Below, one piece after another: positions 18,041 to 27,699 of a DNA stretch of 64,000 nt (position 1 is the first letter of the stretch; each line of letters starts with the position of its first letter). The notes under the pieces were generated by a model, which saw nothing but the letters and a program-made list of their open reading frames with translations, did not search any database and had not been told where the DNA came from. Position numbers and translations under genes: made by a program. The stretch is from positions 144,845 to 208,844 of the forward strand of contig JAGWWK010000001.1 of the NCBI GenBank assembly GCA_018970425.1, written 5' to 3'. The DNA comes from Patescibacteria group bacterium. GTDB lineage: Bacteria; Patescibacteriota; Minisyncoccia; Phycocordibacterales; Phycocordibacteraceae.

Positions 18041-18892
18041 TTAGTGCGTATACGCGCCGGGCTCGCGCGCCTGATGCTCAAGTACGCGTCCGTCTTTAAG
18101 CACGATCGTGCGGTCGGCAAGCCCGGCGATGGTAGCGTCATGAGTCACTATGATAAGCGTTTTTCGCTCAATCGAGTGCAGGTGCTTAAGCACCTCCAGT
18201 ACCTTAGCGCCTGTTTCAGAGTCAAGGTTTCCCGTCGGCTCGTCACCTAGAATAATGTCAGGATCATTCGCAATAGCACGCACCAATGCCGCTCGCTGTT
18301 GTTCACCGCCCGACAGATGGCTCGGCAAGTGTCCTATGCGATGCTTGAGTCCCACATCCACCAAACGCTGACGGAGCGCACTCTCGCGTGCCTTTCCACG
18401 ACCAGAAAACAATGCGGGCAGCATCGCATTTTCAATCACGGACAGCCAGGGGATCAAGTTGTACTGCTGGAACACAAATCCAAAGGTTTGCGCTCGAATG
18501 CCTGCACGCTCTTCATCGCTAAACTCAGCACTATGCTTGCCTTCTATATATATGTCTCCGCGCGTTGGCCGATCGAGCATGCCGATCATATTGAGGAGCG
18601 TGCTTTTTCCGGACCCACTAGCTCCAACTATTGAAACAAACTCTCCCTCCCATACCGTAAGGTCGATTCCGCGGAGCACCGGGGTCTCCGCCTCGCCCGA
18701 CCCGAATGATTTATGTAGACCGCGAACTCTCAGTACAGGCTCACCTGCGTAGCGAACTGGTTCCTGTTGAAATCGATCAGCACAGATATCGCTGCAGAAT
18801 GTCGTCTGCCTATCCGCAATCTTTCTGACAACGGGCATAGCGACGAGCTGAATACCGCACACCGCGCAATACGCAAGTTCAGTCATACTCAT
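18041..18892 (-). CDS. ABC transporter ATP-binding protein (MacB/LolD-like) with N-terminal TRASH/YHS-type Cys4 module
   Basis: 283 aa. Residues 9-36 read [29 protein letters not shown], i.e. C-x2-C-x20-C-x3-C, matching the TRASH/YHS pattern. Followed by Walker [10 protein letters not shown], signature LSGGEQQR and Walker B ILGDEPTG. Confidence 0.85.
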   Translation of the reverse strand: MSMTELAYCAVCGIQLVAMPVVRKIADRQTTFCSDICADRFQQEPVRYAGEPVLRVRGLHKSFGSGEAETPVLRGIDLTVWEGEFVSIVGASGSGKSTLLNMIGMLDRPTRGDIYIEGKHSAEFSDEERAGIRAQTFGFVFQQYNLIPWLSVIENAMLPALFSGRGKARESALRQRLVDVGLKHRIGHLPSHLSGGEQQRAALVRAIANDPDIILGDEPTGNLDSETGAKVLEVLKHLHSIERKTLIIVTHDATIAGLADRTIVLKDGRVLEHQAREPGAYTH

Positions 18893-20418
18893 TCGGCAGG
18901 AATAACAACCGAGTCACCCTCCTCTAATCCTGTGAGTATTTCTCGTCGTTCGCCGTCAGATATGCCGAGAGTCACAGGTGCCTCTACGGTACCTGACGCA
19001 TCGCGTCGGAGCACAAACCACGCGTCACCCTTCTTGAACGGAGCGTACTCGGGTACCACGAGGACGCCACTACGTTCCGATACGCGCACCGTAAGATCAG
19101 CGGTCATACCAGGACGCAGTGCCTCGCTCGGCGCATCGAGTGCAACATGTACTACATAGTACGTGTCAGTATCTTTTTCGACGCGCTGTGGATCGATAAA
19201 TACGACCTTCCCCGCATAACGCTCACCCGGAAGCGCATCAAAGGTGGCTGTCGCGGATTGCCCCACCTTGATGCGAGCAATATCAAGCTCTGATATCTCG
19301 CTCTCAAGATGCGGTGTTGGTACGGTAAGCACAACTGCGCGCTCGCCCAACCGATAACTTTCTCCCGTACGATGCTCTACATGTATCACTGTGCCTGCCT
19401 GCGGTGCGCGCAGTGTCGACATGCGGATGCGCTCAGCTACAGCGAGGACAGCGTTCTCCGCCTCAGTTACAGCTGCTCGCGCGGTGGCAAGATCCTCGCT
19501 TCTTGGTGGCGCAAGTCGGGCGGCTCGGTCTGACTCATGAAGTGCGCGTGCTTGTGCGGCGGCCACTCGGTTTCCAGAGGCCGATGAAAGGGCAAGCGCC
19601 GCTTCGTTCACTGAAACTCGCGCTGCAGCGATGCTCCCGCGCCATACGTCAAGTGTCGTGTCTGAAACGCGCGACGATGCCGCAGAGCCGAGAGCACGGC
19701 TCACATCATCAAGAAATATGCTCATGCGTCGCGCGTCCTCAAGCATTCGAGAAGATGCGTCTGCGATGGTCGATGTGCTTGCCGTGTCTGCACGCGTGCG
19801 CGCGCTCAAGAGTATGCTGCCGAGCGCCACTCGCTCTGTAGTGATCCGGTTTTTAAGCGCGGAATCCGCGATATCAAACGAGAGCTCCGGCGTATTAGAG
19901 CTGGCATTAGAAAACAGAAGATCCGATGCTCGGAGTGCGCTGTCGAGTGTCGTATACACGGATCGGATAGCGAGTAGCTCCGTACGCTCAAGATCGCGAA
20001 GTGCTGAGGTCAACCGTACCGTTTCAGCATCAAGTACGGCGCGATCTTCAGCACTCAGTCCACTCTCGAGCTTACCAAGCTCTGCTGTACGCGATGCTAG
20101 TACTGCCGCAAGACGGCGTCGATCGAACTCGAGCTCTGCCGTATCAAGCGCCACAAGCGGATCGCTCGCACGCACCGCATCACCCTCTGAAACGAAGACG
20201 CGCGCTATCGTCCCTGGCGTGGAAAATCCGAGGACATATTCTTCATCTGACACTAGTTCAGCCTGCTCGGTTACCAACTCTTCGAGATCGGTGCGTTCTG
20301 CGCGCGCAACAACCTCCTGTACAGCATCGGGACGGATGTACTTTACATATACCCACGTGCCAGAAATCGCAACGCACACAAACACTAGGAAAAAAATGAT
20401 GCGAGTCACGCGACCCAT
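18889..20418 (-). CDS. efflux periplasmic adaptor / membrane-fusion protein (HlyD/MacA-like)
   Basis: 509 aa. N-terminal TM anchor, long coiled-coil hairpin, C-terminal beta-barrel/MP domain. Overlaps the ABC ATPase gene by 4 bp. Confidence 0.75.
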   Translation of the reverse strand: MGRVTRIIFFLVFVCVAISGTWVYVKYIRPDAVQEVVARAERTDLEELVTEQAELVSDEEYVLGFSTPGTIARVFVSEGDAVRASDPLVALDTAELEFDRRRLAAVLASRTAELGKLESGLSAEDRAVLDAETVRLTSALRDLERTELLAIRSVYTTLDSALRASDLLFSNASSNTPELSFDIADSALKNRITTERVALGSILLSARTRADTASTSTIADASSRMLEDARRMSIFLDDVSRALGSAASSRVSDTTLDVWRGSIAAARVSVNEAALALSSASGNRVAAAQARALHESDRAARLAPPRSEDLATARAAVTEAENAVLAVAERIRMSTLRAPQAGTVIHVEHRTGESYRLGERAVVLTVPTPHLESEISELDIARIKVGQSATATFDALPGERYAGKVVFIDPQRVEKDTDTYYVVHVALDAPSEALRPGMTADLTVRVSERSGVLVVPEYAPFKKGDAWFVLRRDASGTVEAPVTLGISDGERREILTGLEEGDSVVIPAE

Positions 20419-20430
20419 GCGCGCATTGTA

Positions 20431-21459
20431 CTACGCATTCCGCTCAAGAATCGCGAGCTCAAGGGGGAGTTGTGGTAGCGGAGAGCGCTGTACCTCTTGC
20501 GCCGCGCGCAACAGCGCGCGGAGCGTTTCGGAATTAATTTTTGAATCAGGATCAGTGGCGATCTTCGCGAGAAATGCTCGCTCCGTTTCCGCAAGGTCGG
20601 CTACCGAGGCGGCGCCAACCGACGGCGCGTATCGCAAGAGGAGAACCATGCGCAGACGATCAATAAGAATGGTGGCGAGAACCGCCATATCGGTCTCAGC
20701 GCGGACAGCATCTCGGAGCGCCTCGAGCGCGCGCTCACTTGCATTCAGAGAGAGTCCCTCAATAATTCTTGCGACGATATCCGCGCGGGGCGCGCCGGTA
20801 ATTGCGGCGACTTCATCAGCTGTAATTACTGAGTCACGCGAGGTACTCAACACTTTTTGAAGAATAGATTGCGAGTCACGAAACGAACCGTCTGCAAGAA
20901 GCGCGACGAGCTCAGCCGCTGGCCGCTCAAGTGTTGACCCTTCAGCGGATGCAATTTTCACTAGCGTGTCTGCAATGGCCGCAGCGGTGGGCTTTTTGAA
21001 TGTGTACACTTGGCATCTCGACTGAATGGTGTCGGGAACCTTTTCAAGTTCGGTTGTCGCAAGAATAAATACGACGTGGGCCGGTGGCTCCTCCAAGAGC
21101 TTCAAAAACGCATTGAATGCGCCCTTAGAAAGCATGTGCACTTCATCAATAATATAGATCTTGCGCGTCGATACAAACGGAAGGATAGCGGCCTCCTCGC
21201 GAAGAGCGCGAATATTGTCGACGCCGGTATAGGTCGCGGCATCAATCTCATGAATATCTGTTTCCATCGCGCCAAGTTCATGGGCAAAGATTCTCGCGAC
21301 ACTAGTCTTTCCTGTCCCGCGTGATCCGTAAAAGAGATATGCGTGGCCGACGCTAGTGCTCTCGAGCGCACCCTTGAGGGCTTGCACCACATGATCCTGC
21401 CCTACAACGTCTGAAAAAGATGCCGGGCGGTATTTCCGATACAGCGCAACTTCGCTCAT
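20431..21459 (-). CDS. dnaX: DNA polymerase III subunit gamma/tau (short, gamma-length)
   Basis: The ORF runs 20431..21504. The probable start MSEVALYRKYRPASFSDVVGQDHVV is the Met at 21459. Walker A GSRGTGKTS and a clamp-loader box. Only 342 aa and no tau C-terminal extension. Confidence 0.85.
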   Translation of the reverse strand: MSEVALYRKYRPASFSDVVGQDHVVQALKGALESTSVGHAYLFYGSRGTGKTSVARIFAHELGAMETDIHEIDAATYTGVDNIRALREEAAILPFVSTRKIYIIDEVHMLSKGAFNAFLKLLEEPPAHVVFILATTELEKVPDTIQSRCQVYTFKKPTAAAIADTLVKIASAEGSTLERPAAELVALLADGSFRDSQSILQKVLSTSRDSVITADEVAAITGAPRADIVARIIEGLSLNASERALEALRDAVRAETDMAVLATILIDRLRMVLLLRYAPSVGAASVADLAETERAFLAKIATDPDSKINSETLRALLRAAQEVQRSPLPQLPLELAILERNA

Positions 21460-21466
21460 GTGCGTA

Positions 21467-22501
21467 CTATAGCACTTGGCGCGCGAGCTCAGGGTGCGCG
21501 GCAAGCCATGCGTTCACTCGCTCACGTACTTCGAGCGCGCTGTCCGCAAGCATCAGGTTTGCGCGAAGGTCAGCAGCGCCATCAAAGCCCGACACGTACG
21601 CTTTGTAGTGCTTCCTCATGATGGCGAAGGACTTGTGTGGGAGGAGTTCCTCGTACAGCTTGGTATGCTCAACCATTACCGTAAAGCGCTTCTCGAGCGT
21701 GAGTCGTTCGCGAAATGGATCTGGTGCGGCAAAGAGCCATGGGTTACCGAAAATCGCGCGCCCAAGCATTGCCCCATCGGCACCGGTTGCGGCAATTTTA
21801 TCCATCGCGTCACGCACATGCATAAGATCACCGTTCCCAAGAATTCGCGTTTCGTGCGATGCATCACCGAGAATCTCGTTCCGAATTTCTACTGCACGCT
21901 TCACGCGCTCCCAGCGCGCCGGAACGAGCGAGAGCTCTTTGCGCGTGCGCGCATGTACGGTTATTGCAGCTGGTTTCGCGGCGAGCACTTTCGGCAACCA
22001 CTCCTCGAGCTCATCCTTGTTGTAACCGAGGCGGGTCTTCACACTGACCGGCACATCGCGTGCTCCCTGCTTCGCAGCAGCAATCACCTCTTGAGCGAGC
22101 GATGGATTCCGCATGTGCGCGGCACCCGCACCTTGCCGCTCAATACTTTTGTCAGGACAGCCCATATTAATGTCAACTCCGTCGAAGCCGAGCTCGCGCG
22201 CCAAGGCCGCTGCTCGTTCCATATGCAGAGGGGTCGCAGTGAAAAATTGTGCGACGATGGGGCGCTCGATTTCATTGAACGCAAGGTCGGCCATGAGCTT
22301 AGCCCGACCCTCCTCCGGCGCGAGAGCGAGTCCATCGGCGGAAATAAATTCTGTCCAGGTGACATACGGAACGCGCGTTCCCGCGGAGGCAGGATCGCTC
22401 TTCGAATGCGTGGCGATGATGCGGCGAAACGCAGGATCGGTAACGTCCGCCATCGGTGCAAGCGCGAAAATCGGAGTACCTAGACGCTGCCAGAAGCTCA
22501 T
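21467..22501 (-). CDS. dus: tRNA-dihydrouridine synthase
   Basis: The ORF extends to 22786. The conserved Dus N-terminus (MSFWQRLGTPIFALAPMADVTD) begins at the Met at 22501. Motifs DINMGCP and TVHARTR are present. 7-bp gap to dnaX. Confidence 0.8.
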   Translation of the reverse strand: MSFWQRLGTPIFALAPMADVTDPAFRRIIATHSKSDPASAGTRVPYVTWTEFISADGLALAPEEGRAKLMADLAFNEIERPIVAQFFTATPLHMERAAALARELGFDGVDINMGCPDKSIERQGAGAAHMRNPSLAQEVIAAAKQGARDVPVSVKTRLGYNKDELEEWLPKVLAAKPAAITVHARTRKELSLVPARWERVKRAVEIRNEILGDASHETRILGNGDLMHVRDAMDKIAATGADGAMLGRAIFGNPWLFAAPDPFRERLTLEKRFTVMVEHTKLYEELLPHKSFAIMRKHYKAYVSGFDGAADLRANLMLADSALEVRERVNAWLAAHPELARQVL

Positions 22502-22523
22502 GGCGCTATGGTACACTACCCGC

Positions 22524-22946
22524 ATGGAACAGAAAATAATCCTCGGCTTGGTTGCCGCACTCATACTCGGCGCAATTATCCTGTTTTTTGCTTCTCCGAC
22601 AGCTACCTCCATGTCAAAATCTTCTATCCCCGCAGGAACGTACACGGCACTCGCGCAGTGCATCAGGGACTCCGGCGCAGTCTTTTTCGGAGCGTGGTGG
22701 TGCCCGCATTGTCGTGAGCAAAAGGAAAGCTTTGGCGATGCTGCCGAACTCCTTCCGTATATCGAATGTTCTACACCTGACGGCAAAGGTCAAACGAAGG
22801 CGTGCATTGACGCCAAGGTTAATGGCTACCCGACGTGGCGTTTTGCTGACGGAACAGAGCTGAAAGGCGCAGTGCCGCTCCAGACACTGGCGGCAAAGAC
22901 TGGTTGCGTACTTCCTGACGCGCCGCGCGCGGGAGTTCCCGAGTAG
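22524..22946 (+). CDS. membrane-anchored thioredoxin-fold thiol-disulfide oxidoreductase (BdbD/DsbA-like, CPHC active site)
   Basis: The ORF runs 22113..22946, but its first 137 codons are antisense to dus. The real start is the ATG at 22524 (MEQKIILGLVAALILGAIILF, a TM anchor). Active site FFGAWWCPHCREQK. Confidence 0.65.
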   Translation: MEQKIILGLVAALILGAIILFFASPTATSMSKSSIPAGTYTALAQCIRDSGAVFFGAWWCPHCREQKESFGDAAELLPYIECSTPDGKGQTKACIDAKVNGYPTWRFADGTELKGAVPLQTLAAKTGCVLPDAPRAGVPE

Positions 22947-22948
22947 TC

Positions 22949-23500
22949 ATGCCGGATCTTCTCCTCACCAATACGCTCGCATCCTATGGGACGCTGGTGC
23001 TCCTCGTTGCTACCGCACTCATACTTGCTATCCTTGCCTACGCGAGGATTCCCGACTCGCTCTCCCGCCCGCTAGCGCGGTACGGGCTTTTAGCCGCATT
23101 TTTCGTCACCACTCTCGCGAGTGCTGTAACGCTCTACTATTCAGAAGTGTTGGGTCAGGCTCCATGCTCGCTGTGTTGGCTCCAGCGCGTCTTTCTCTAT
23201 CCGCAAGCCTTCCTGTTTGGCATCGCGTACCTCAAGTCTGACGCGCGTATCACTGTCTACACCACTGCGCTCTCAATCGTTGGCGCGCTCATAGCGCTCT
23301 ACCACCATGCGATTCAACTGGGAGCGAGCGCGCCGGTGCCGTGCGCGGCTACGGGCCCGTCGTGCACGGAAGTACTCTTTCTTACCTGGGGCTTTGTCTC
23401 GTTCCCATTTATGGCGTTCGCGCTCTTTCTCTTCTTGATTGTGTTTAGCGTCCTTCTCGAGACGCTCTGGCGTAAATTCCCGCCGGCAAGAGTCGTGTAG
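22949..23500 (+). CDS. disulfide bond formation protein B (DsbB/BdbC family)
   Basis: 183 aa, 4 TMs. First periplasmic-loop motif PCSLCWLQRVFLYP (compare B. subtilis BdbC PCxLCWYQR). A second cysteine pair CAATGPSC lies in the second loop. Starts 2 bp after the upstream Trx-like gene. Confidence 0.75.
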   Translation: MPDLLLTNTLASYGTLVLLVATALILAILAYARIPDSLSRPLARYGLLAAFFVTTLASAVTLYYSEVLGQAPCSLCWLQRVFLYPQAFLFGIAYLKSDARITVYTTALSIVGALIALYHHAIQLGASAPVPCAATGPSCTEVLFLTWGFVSFPFMAFALFLFLIVFSVLLETLWRKFPPARVV

Positions 23501-24314
23501 AATCTTTCTCCGCTATCGTCAGCTCTCCGCCAGAAACCGTGAGGCCATTCGCTGACGCGATCGGCGTCAGTAGATGCTCAAATGCATAGTGCGAGTACCC
23601 CGCGGCGTAGCCGTTCATGAGGATACAGCGTGGCGTATCTGACAACAGTTCCCGACACGCGCGCATAAGTGGCACCAAATCCTCTTCAATTTTCCAGAGT
23701 TCATCTTTTGGACCATGACCGAACGCGGGAGGATCAAGAATTATTCCGTCATATTTCACGCCGCGCTTTACCTCTCGACGCACGAAGGTAAGTGCATCGT
23801 CAACAATCCACCGGATCGGCGCTGCTGAGAGGCCAGAAAGGTCGGCATTTTTCCGCGCCCACTCCACTGCGGTTTTGGACGCGTCCACATGCGTTACTGA
23901 CGCGCCGGCGCGCGCCGCCGCGAGCGTCGCTCCTCCTGTATACGCAAAAATGTTTAAGACGGACGGGCGTAGCGCGCTCTCCGGCTGAGTGCCGTGTGCG
24001 CCTGCACTCAACACGCCGCTTGCCCACTCCCAGTTTTCTAACTGTTCGGGGAACAATCCTACATGCTTAAACGACGTAAGCCGCAGAAGAAATGTGAGGC
24101 CGCCGTACTCGATCTGCCACTCTTTCGGCATCGGTCTATTGAAGTGCCACACCCCTTTCTCACCCTTGCGCTCAAACCATGCATCGCACGTACCCCATAT
24201 GATGTCTGACTGCCGCCGCTCCCACAGCGCCTGTGGGTCCGGCCTTCTGAGGACATGCGGTCCGAATCGCTCAAGCTTTTCTTCTCCTCCTGAGTCAAGA
24301 AGTTCGTACTCCAT
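23445..24314 (-). CDS. class I SAM-dependent rRNA methyltransferase (RlmI/YwbD-like, DPPxF motif, no PUA domain)
   Basis: The ORF runs 23445..24326; the likely start is MEYELLDSGG. SAM-binding FAYTGGATLAAARAG and catalytic IILDPPAFGHG. Confidence 0.7.
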   Translation of the reverse strand: MEYELLDSGGEEKLERFGPHVLRRPDPQALWERRQSDIIWGTCDAWFERKGEKGVWHFNRPMPKEWQIEYGGLTFLLRLTSFKHVGLFPEQLENWEWASGVLSAGAHGTQPESALRPSVLNIFAYTGGATLAAARAGASVTHVDASKTAVEWARKNADLSGLSAAPIRWIVDDALTFVRREVKRGVKYDGIILDPPAFGHGPKDELWKIEEDLVPLMRACRELLSDTPRCILMNGYAAGYSHYAFEHLLTPIASANGLTVSGGELTIAEKDSTRLLPAGIYARASREGR

Positions 24315-24343
24315 ACGTACCCCCATGCTACACTACCCTCACT

Positions 24344-24871
24344 ATGCAAGAAACAAATCTCTACACCGTCACTATTCCGCCACTCATAAAGTCACTCACT
24401 GCGCTCAAGAAAATTTTAGAAAAGGCTAAAGCACACACGGATACCAAAAAGCTCTCCTGGATGGATTTTGAGCATGCGCTCCTCTCCGACAAGCTTGTGT
24501 TCAATCAGTTTGACTTCAAGAAACAGGTACAGCTTGCCTGTGACAATGCAAAAGGTGCCGCGGCACGACTCGCCGAGGTTGAGGTGCCGAAGCACGAGGA
24601 CACCGAGGCAACCTTCACGGACCTTGTCGCTCGGATAGACAAAACACTTGAGTTCATCGCAACCATTAAGCCAGAGCAGGTCATCGGTAAGGAGGATAGT
24701 AAAGTCACACTTCCCTACTGGCCTGACAAACACCTTACGGGATTCGAGTATGCAACCGAATATGTGATTCCGAACTTCTACTTCCATATCACCACCGCCT
24801 ACGCCATCCTCCGCAAAAACGGCATTGATATCGGAAAAGAAGACTTCATGGGCGGCCTCCCTCTGAAGTAA
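24344..24871 (+). CDS. DUF1993-family protein
   Basis: 175 aa. The N-terminal pattern LYTVTIPPLIKSLTAL and the overall length are typical of DUF1993; no catalytic motif recognised. Confidence 0.5.
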   Translation: MQETNLYTVTIPPLIKSLTALKKILEKAKAHTDTKKLSWMDFEHALLSDKLVFNQFDFKKQVQLACDNAKGAAARLAEVEVPKHEDTEATFTDLVARIDKTLEFIATIKPEQVIGKEDSKVTLPYWPDKHLTGFEYATEYVIPNFYFHITTAYAILRKNGIDIGKEDFMGGLPLK

Positions 24872-24926
24872 CTGCGAAACCTTTCGTAGTAGAAAAGTCA
24901 CGTGCAGGCGGTGCTATAGTGTTCGA

Positions 24927-25694
24927 ATGACCGAAAACGCGCTTGAGGTGAACGATGTGCGTAAGCGCTACGCATCGGGCACTGATGCGCTTAACGGCGT
25001 TTCCATCACCGTTCCGCAGGGTGATTTTTTTGCCCTCCTTGGTCCTAATGGCGCTGGTAAGACGACGCTCATAGGAATCGTAACGGGACTCGTGAACAAA
25101 ACAAGCGGCAGCGTGTCCGTATTTGGTCATGACATTGATGCCGAGCCGGAAAAAGCCCGTGCGCTCATTGGCCTTGTAGGTCAAGAGGTAAACTTTAATC
25201 CGTTTGAAAAGCCACTCGACATCGTAGTCAACCAGGCCGGCTACTATGGAGTACCGCGTTCCGTCGCGCTACCTCGAGCACAGCGTATTCTCGAAGACCT
25301 TGGTCTCAAGGACAAGATGCACGGCATGGCTATGCAGCTCTCCGGCGGTATGAAGCGTCGCCTCATGATCGCGCGCGCTCTCGTCCACGAGCCCAAGTTT
25401 CTTATTCTTGATGAGCCAACCGCAGGTGTGGATGTGGAGCTCCGTCGCTCGATGTGGGAATACCTTACGACTCTCACTAAAGGCGGGCTCACCATACTCC
25501 TCACCACGCACTACCTCGAAGAAGCTGAGCGGCTCGCAAAGCATGTTGCTATTGTGAATCAGGGCACGGTGGTCGCAAGCGGTACGATGGAGGAATTACT
25601 TGCGCGCTACAAGGGCGAACGCGCCGATCCCTACACAAGTGGGCGTCTTGAATCAGTCTTTTTAGAACTCACTCACGCACCGCATGCCGCCTAA
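24927..25694 (+). CDS. ABC transporter ATP-binding protein (ABC-2/DrrA-like)
   Basis: 255 aa. Walker A GPNGAGKTT, signature LSGGMKRR, Walker B ILDEPTAGVD. Confidence 0.85.
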   Translation: MTENALEVNDVRKRYASGTDALNGVSITVPQGDFFALLGPNGAGKTTLIGIVTGLVNKTSGSVSVFGHDIDAEPEKARALIGLVGQEVNFNPFEKPLDIVVNQAGYYGVPRSVALPRAQRILEDLGLKDKMHGMAMQLSGGMKRRLMIARALVHEPKFLILDEPTAGVDVELRRSMWEYLTTLTKGGLTILLTTHYLEEAERLAKHVAIVNQGTVVASGTMEELLARYKGERADPYTSGRLESVFLELTHAPHAA

Positions 25695-26460
25695 AGGTCT
25701 TTGTATCTCATACTACACAATCTTACGCAAAGCCGTTGTGCGCATCGTGCGTATTTGGCCCCAAACACTGCTGCCGTCCGTCGTTAACTCTCTTCTCTAC
25801 TATCTCGTATTTGGCGCCATCATCGGCTCACAACTCTCTCCCATTAACGGCTACTCGTACATCGCGTTTGTCGTTCCTGGCATCGTTATGCTCGCCGTCA
25901 TCACAAACGCGTACACTGAAGTCGCAACCACATTCTTCACTTCAAAGTTTTTTAGCAGAAATATTGACGAAATTTTGGTCTCCCCCACGCCGCCATGGCT
26001 CATAGTCAGTGGCTTCGTATCCGCAGGCGTTATCCGTGCGGCAGTGGTCGGTACGCTGGTCCTTGGTGTCTCTATCGCATTTGCACTTCCCACGGTTCTG
26101 CACCCACTCGTCACGCTCTCATTTCTCTGCATCGCCGCAATTCTTTTTTCACTCCTTGGTCTCGTAAACGGCATCTATGCTAAAAACTTTGACGCAATCT
26201 CGATCGTGCCAACCTTCGTCCTGACGCCGCTCATCTACCTTGGTGGCGTGTTCTACTCAGTAGCCGCGCTTCCGCCATTTTTTGCCGCGCTCACGTACTT
26301 CAACCCGCTCTTTTACCTGATTAACGGATTTCGGTACGGATTCCTTGGAGTCGCAGATGTTTCTCTCGGCGTTGCGTACGGCGTCCTTCTGGCCCTGACG
26401 GCAGTGGCGTTCGGTATCGCGTGGTACCTGCTAAAAACAGGCCTCGGACTTAAGCAGTAA
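25684..26460 (+). CDS. ABC-2 family transporter permease
   Basis: 258 aa, 6 TMs. Overlaps the ATPase gene by 11 bp. Confidence 0.8.
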   Translation: MPPKGLCISYYTILRKAVVRIVRIWPQTLLPSVVNSLLYYLVFGAIIGSQLSPINGYSYIAFVVPGIVMLAVITNAYTEVATTFFTSKFFSRNIDEILVSPTPPWLIVSGFVSAGVIRAAVVGTLVLGVSIAFALPTVLHPLVTLSFLCIAAILFSLLGLVNGIYAKNFDAISIVPTFVLTPLIYLGGVFYSVAALPPFFAALTYFNPLFYLINGFRYGFLGVADVSLGVAYGVLLALTAVAFGIAWYLLKTGLGLKQ

Positions 26461-26461
26461 T

Positions 26462-27190
26462 TTACAAGCTGAAATACGCGAGCACACGATACCACCACGG
26501 CACTGCCGGCGCCGCTAAGTACGCGCCTGCACTGGTCCCTAGTATCTCGGGCGCAGTCTCGCTCCCTTGCGCCGCAACTGTGGTACGCGTGTTCGCACTT
26601 TCGCTCCGCGACACTTCTTGAACAGGCGCGCGACTCTCGCGACCCGGTGTGCCAAACATTTGAACCACAAATGTCGCAGGTCGTCCCTCGTACATTCCCT
26701 GGGATACGGCCACGCCCATTTCAGTGAACTGAGTTCCGACAATATTTGCGCGATGTTGGGGCGAGAGCATCCATGCGCGCACAACCTCCGAGGAAGTATC
26801 GAAATCAATAGCGAGATTCTCACCCGCGTAGCGGAAAACATACCCCTCTTCAGCAAACCACTGCCACGGAGTAGCGCCAGTTGGCGACACATGCGCAAAG
26901 TAGCCAGCACGCGCCATGTCGTCGGCCTTTCGTGCAGCAATCGCCGTAAGGGCGGGGCTTATAGTGAGTGGCTCGCGACCCGCCGCGACGCGTGCATCGT
27001 TTGCAAGATCGGCAACCGTGGCAGCAACAACCGCCGCGATACTTGCTCGGTCACGAGCTCCAAGGTCAATGATAGGAACAACCGAAATGACAAGTAACGC
27101 GCCAATAAGCCCAGGTAGCACCGTTCCCCGAAGCACGGACTTTCCCCGTATACGCATAGGTAAAGTATACCTGCGGAGATCCGCCCACAC
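26462..27190 (-). CDS. CAP/SCP/YkwD-domain secreted protein
   Basis: 242 aa. N-terminal TM/signal. CAP-domain pattern ARAGYFAHVSPTG...FRYAGENLAID...VVRAWMLSPQHRANIVGTQFTEMGVAV. Disordered S/T/A-rich C-terminus. Confidence 0.65.
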   Translation of the reverse strand: MWADLRRYTLPMRIRGKSVLRGTVLPGLIGALLVISVVPIIDLGARDRASIAAVVAATVADLANDARVAAGREPLTISPALTAIAARKADDMARAGYFAHVSPTGATPWQWFAEEGYVFRYAGENLAIDFDTSSEVVRAWMLSPQHRANIVGTQFTEMGVAVSQGMYEGRPATFVVQMFGTPGRESRAPVQEVSRSESANTRTTVAAQGSETAPEILGTSAGAYLAAPAVPWWYRVLAYFSL

Positions 27191-27324
27191 CCAGTTCTCC
27201 CCCGCGAGGACTTGCTACAGAGCCCTCTGACGTGGTATGGTGCAGGCACGAGTACGAGATGGTTCTAGACTTTGTATAAAAGTAGAGCGCATACGACCTC
27301 GATTATAAAGTTAGAAAAAAGAAA

Positions 27325-27627
27325 GTGGCAAAGAAACTCTACTTCGGTGGTCTCTCCTACAACACCACCGATGACACATTAAACGCTGCAGTCAAGCAGT
27401 TCGGCACCGTCGCGTCAGCGAAGGTGATCATGGACCGCGAGACTGGTCGCTCACGCGGCTTCGGTTTCGTCGAAATGTCGACGGACGAAGAGGCTGATGC
27501 AGTACTTAAGGCACTCGACGGACAGCAGGTCGACGGCCGTATGGTACGCGTCTCAGTCGCACGCCCACCTGAGAACGGTGGTGGTCGCGGTGGTGGCGGC
27601 TACGGCGGCGGTATGCGCTCGTACTAA
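27325..27627 (+). CDS. RRM-domain RNA-binding protein with glycine-rich tail
   Basis: 100 aa. RNP2 KLYFGGL and RNP1 RGFGFVEM; C-terminal GGGRGGGGYGGG. Confidence 0.85.
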   Translation: MAKKLYFGGLSYNTTDDTLNAAVKQFGTVASAKVIMDRETGRSRGFGFVEMSTDEEADAVLKALDGQQVDGRMVRVSVARPPENGGGRGGGGYGGGMRSY

Positions 27628-27644
27628 GCTCGAACCACAAAAAA

Positions 27645-27674
27645 CCCCCGGCAAAAGCCGGGGGTTTTTGTTTT
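27645..27674. terminator. bidirectional rho-independent terminator between the convergent RRM gene and the membrane-protein gene
   Basis: Perfect 8-bp GC stem CCCCCGGC-aaaa-GCCGGGGG, flanked by AAAAA upstream and TTTTTGTTTT downstream. Confidence 0.75.
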
Positions 27675-27699
27675 GCGCCTAGCTAGGCGCAGGTGCACG

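Noticed and set aside
19631-20860. 409-aa plus-strand ORF spanning the macA-like and dnaX genes
   Set aside because: It is antisense to two strongly supported genes. The translation is about 40% Ser/Arg/Ala with no domain. It is a GC-skew artefact.
21476-22523. Plus-strand 335-aa ORF (21476..22483) and the 5' 137 codons of ORF 22113..22946
   Set aside because: They are antisense to dus. Only the C-terminal 140 codons (from the ATG at 22524, which begins a TM anchor) of the second ORF look real.
21467-22786. Extended 439-aa version of the dus ORF
   Set aside because: The conserved Dus N-terminus begins at the internal Met at 22501. The upstream 95 codons are low complexity and overlap the divergent Trx-like gene.
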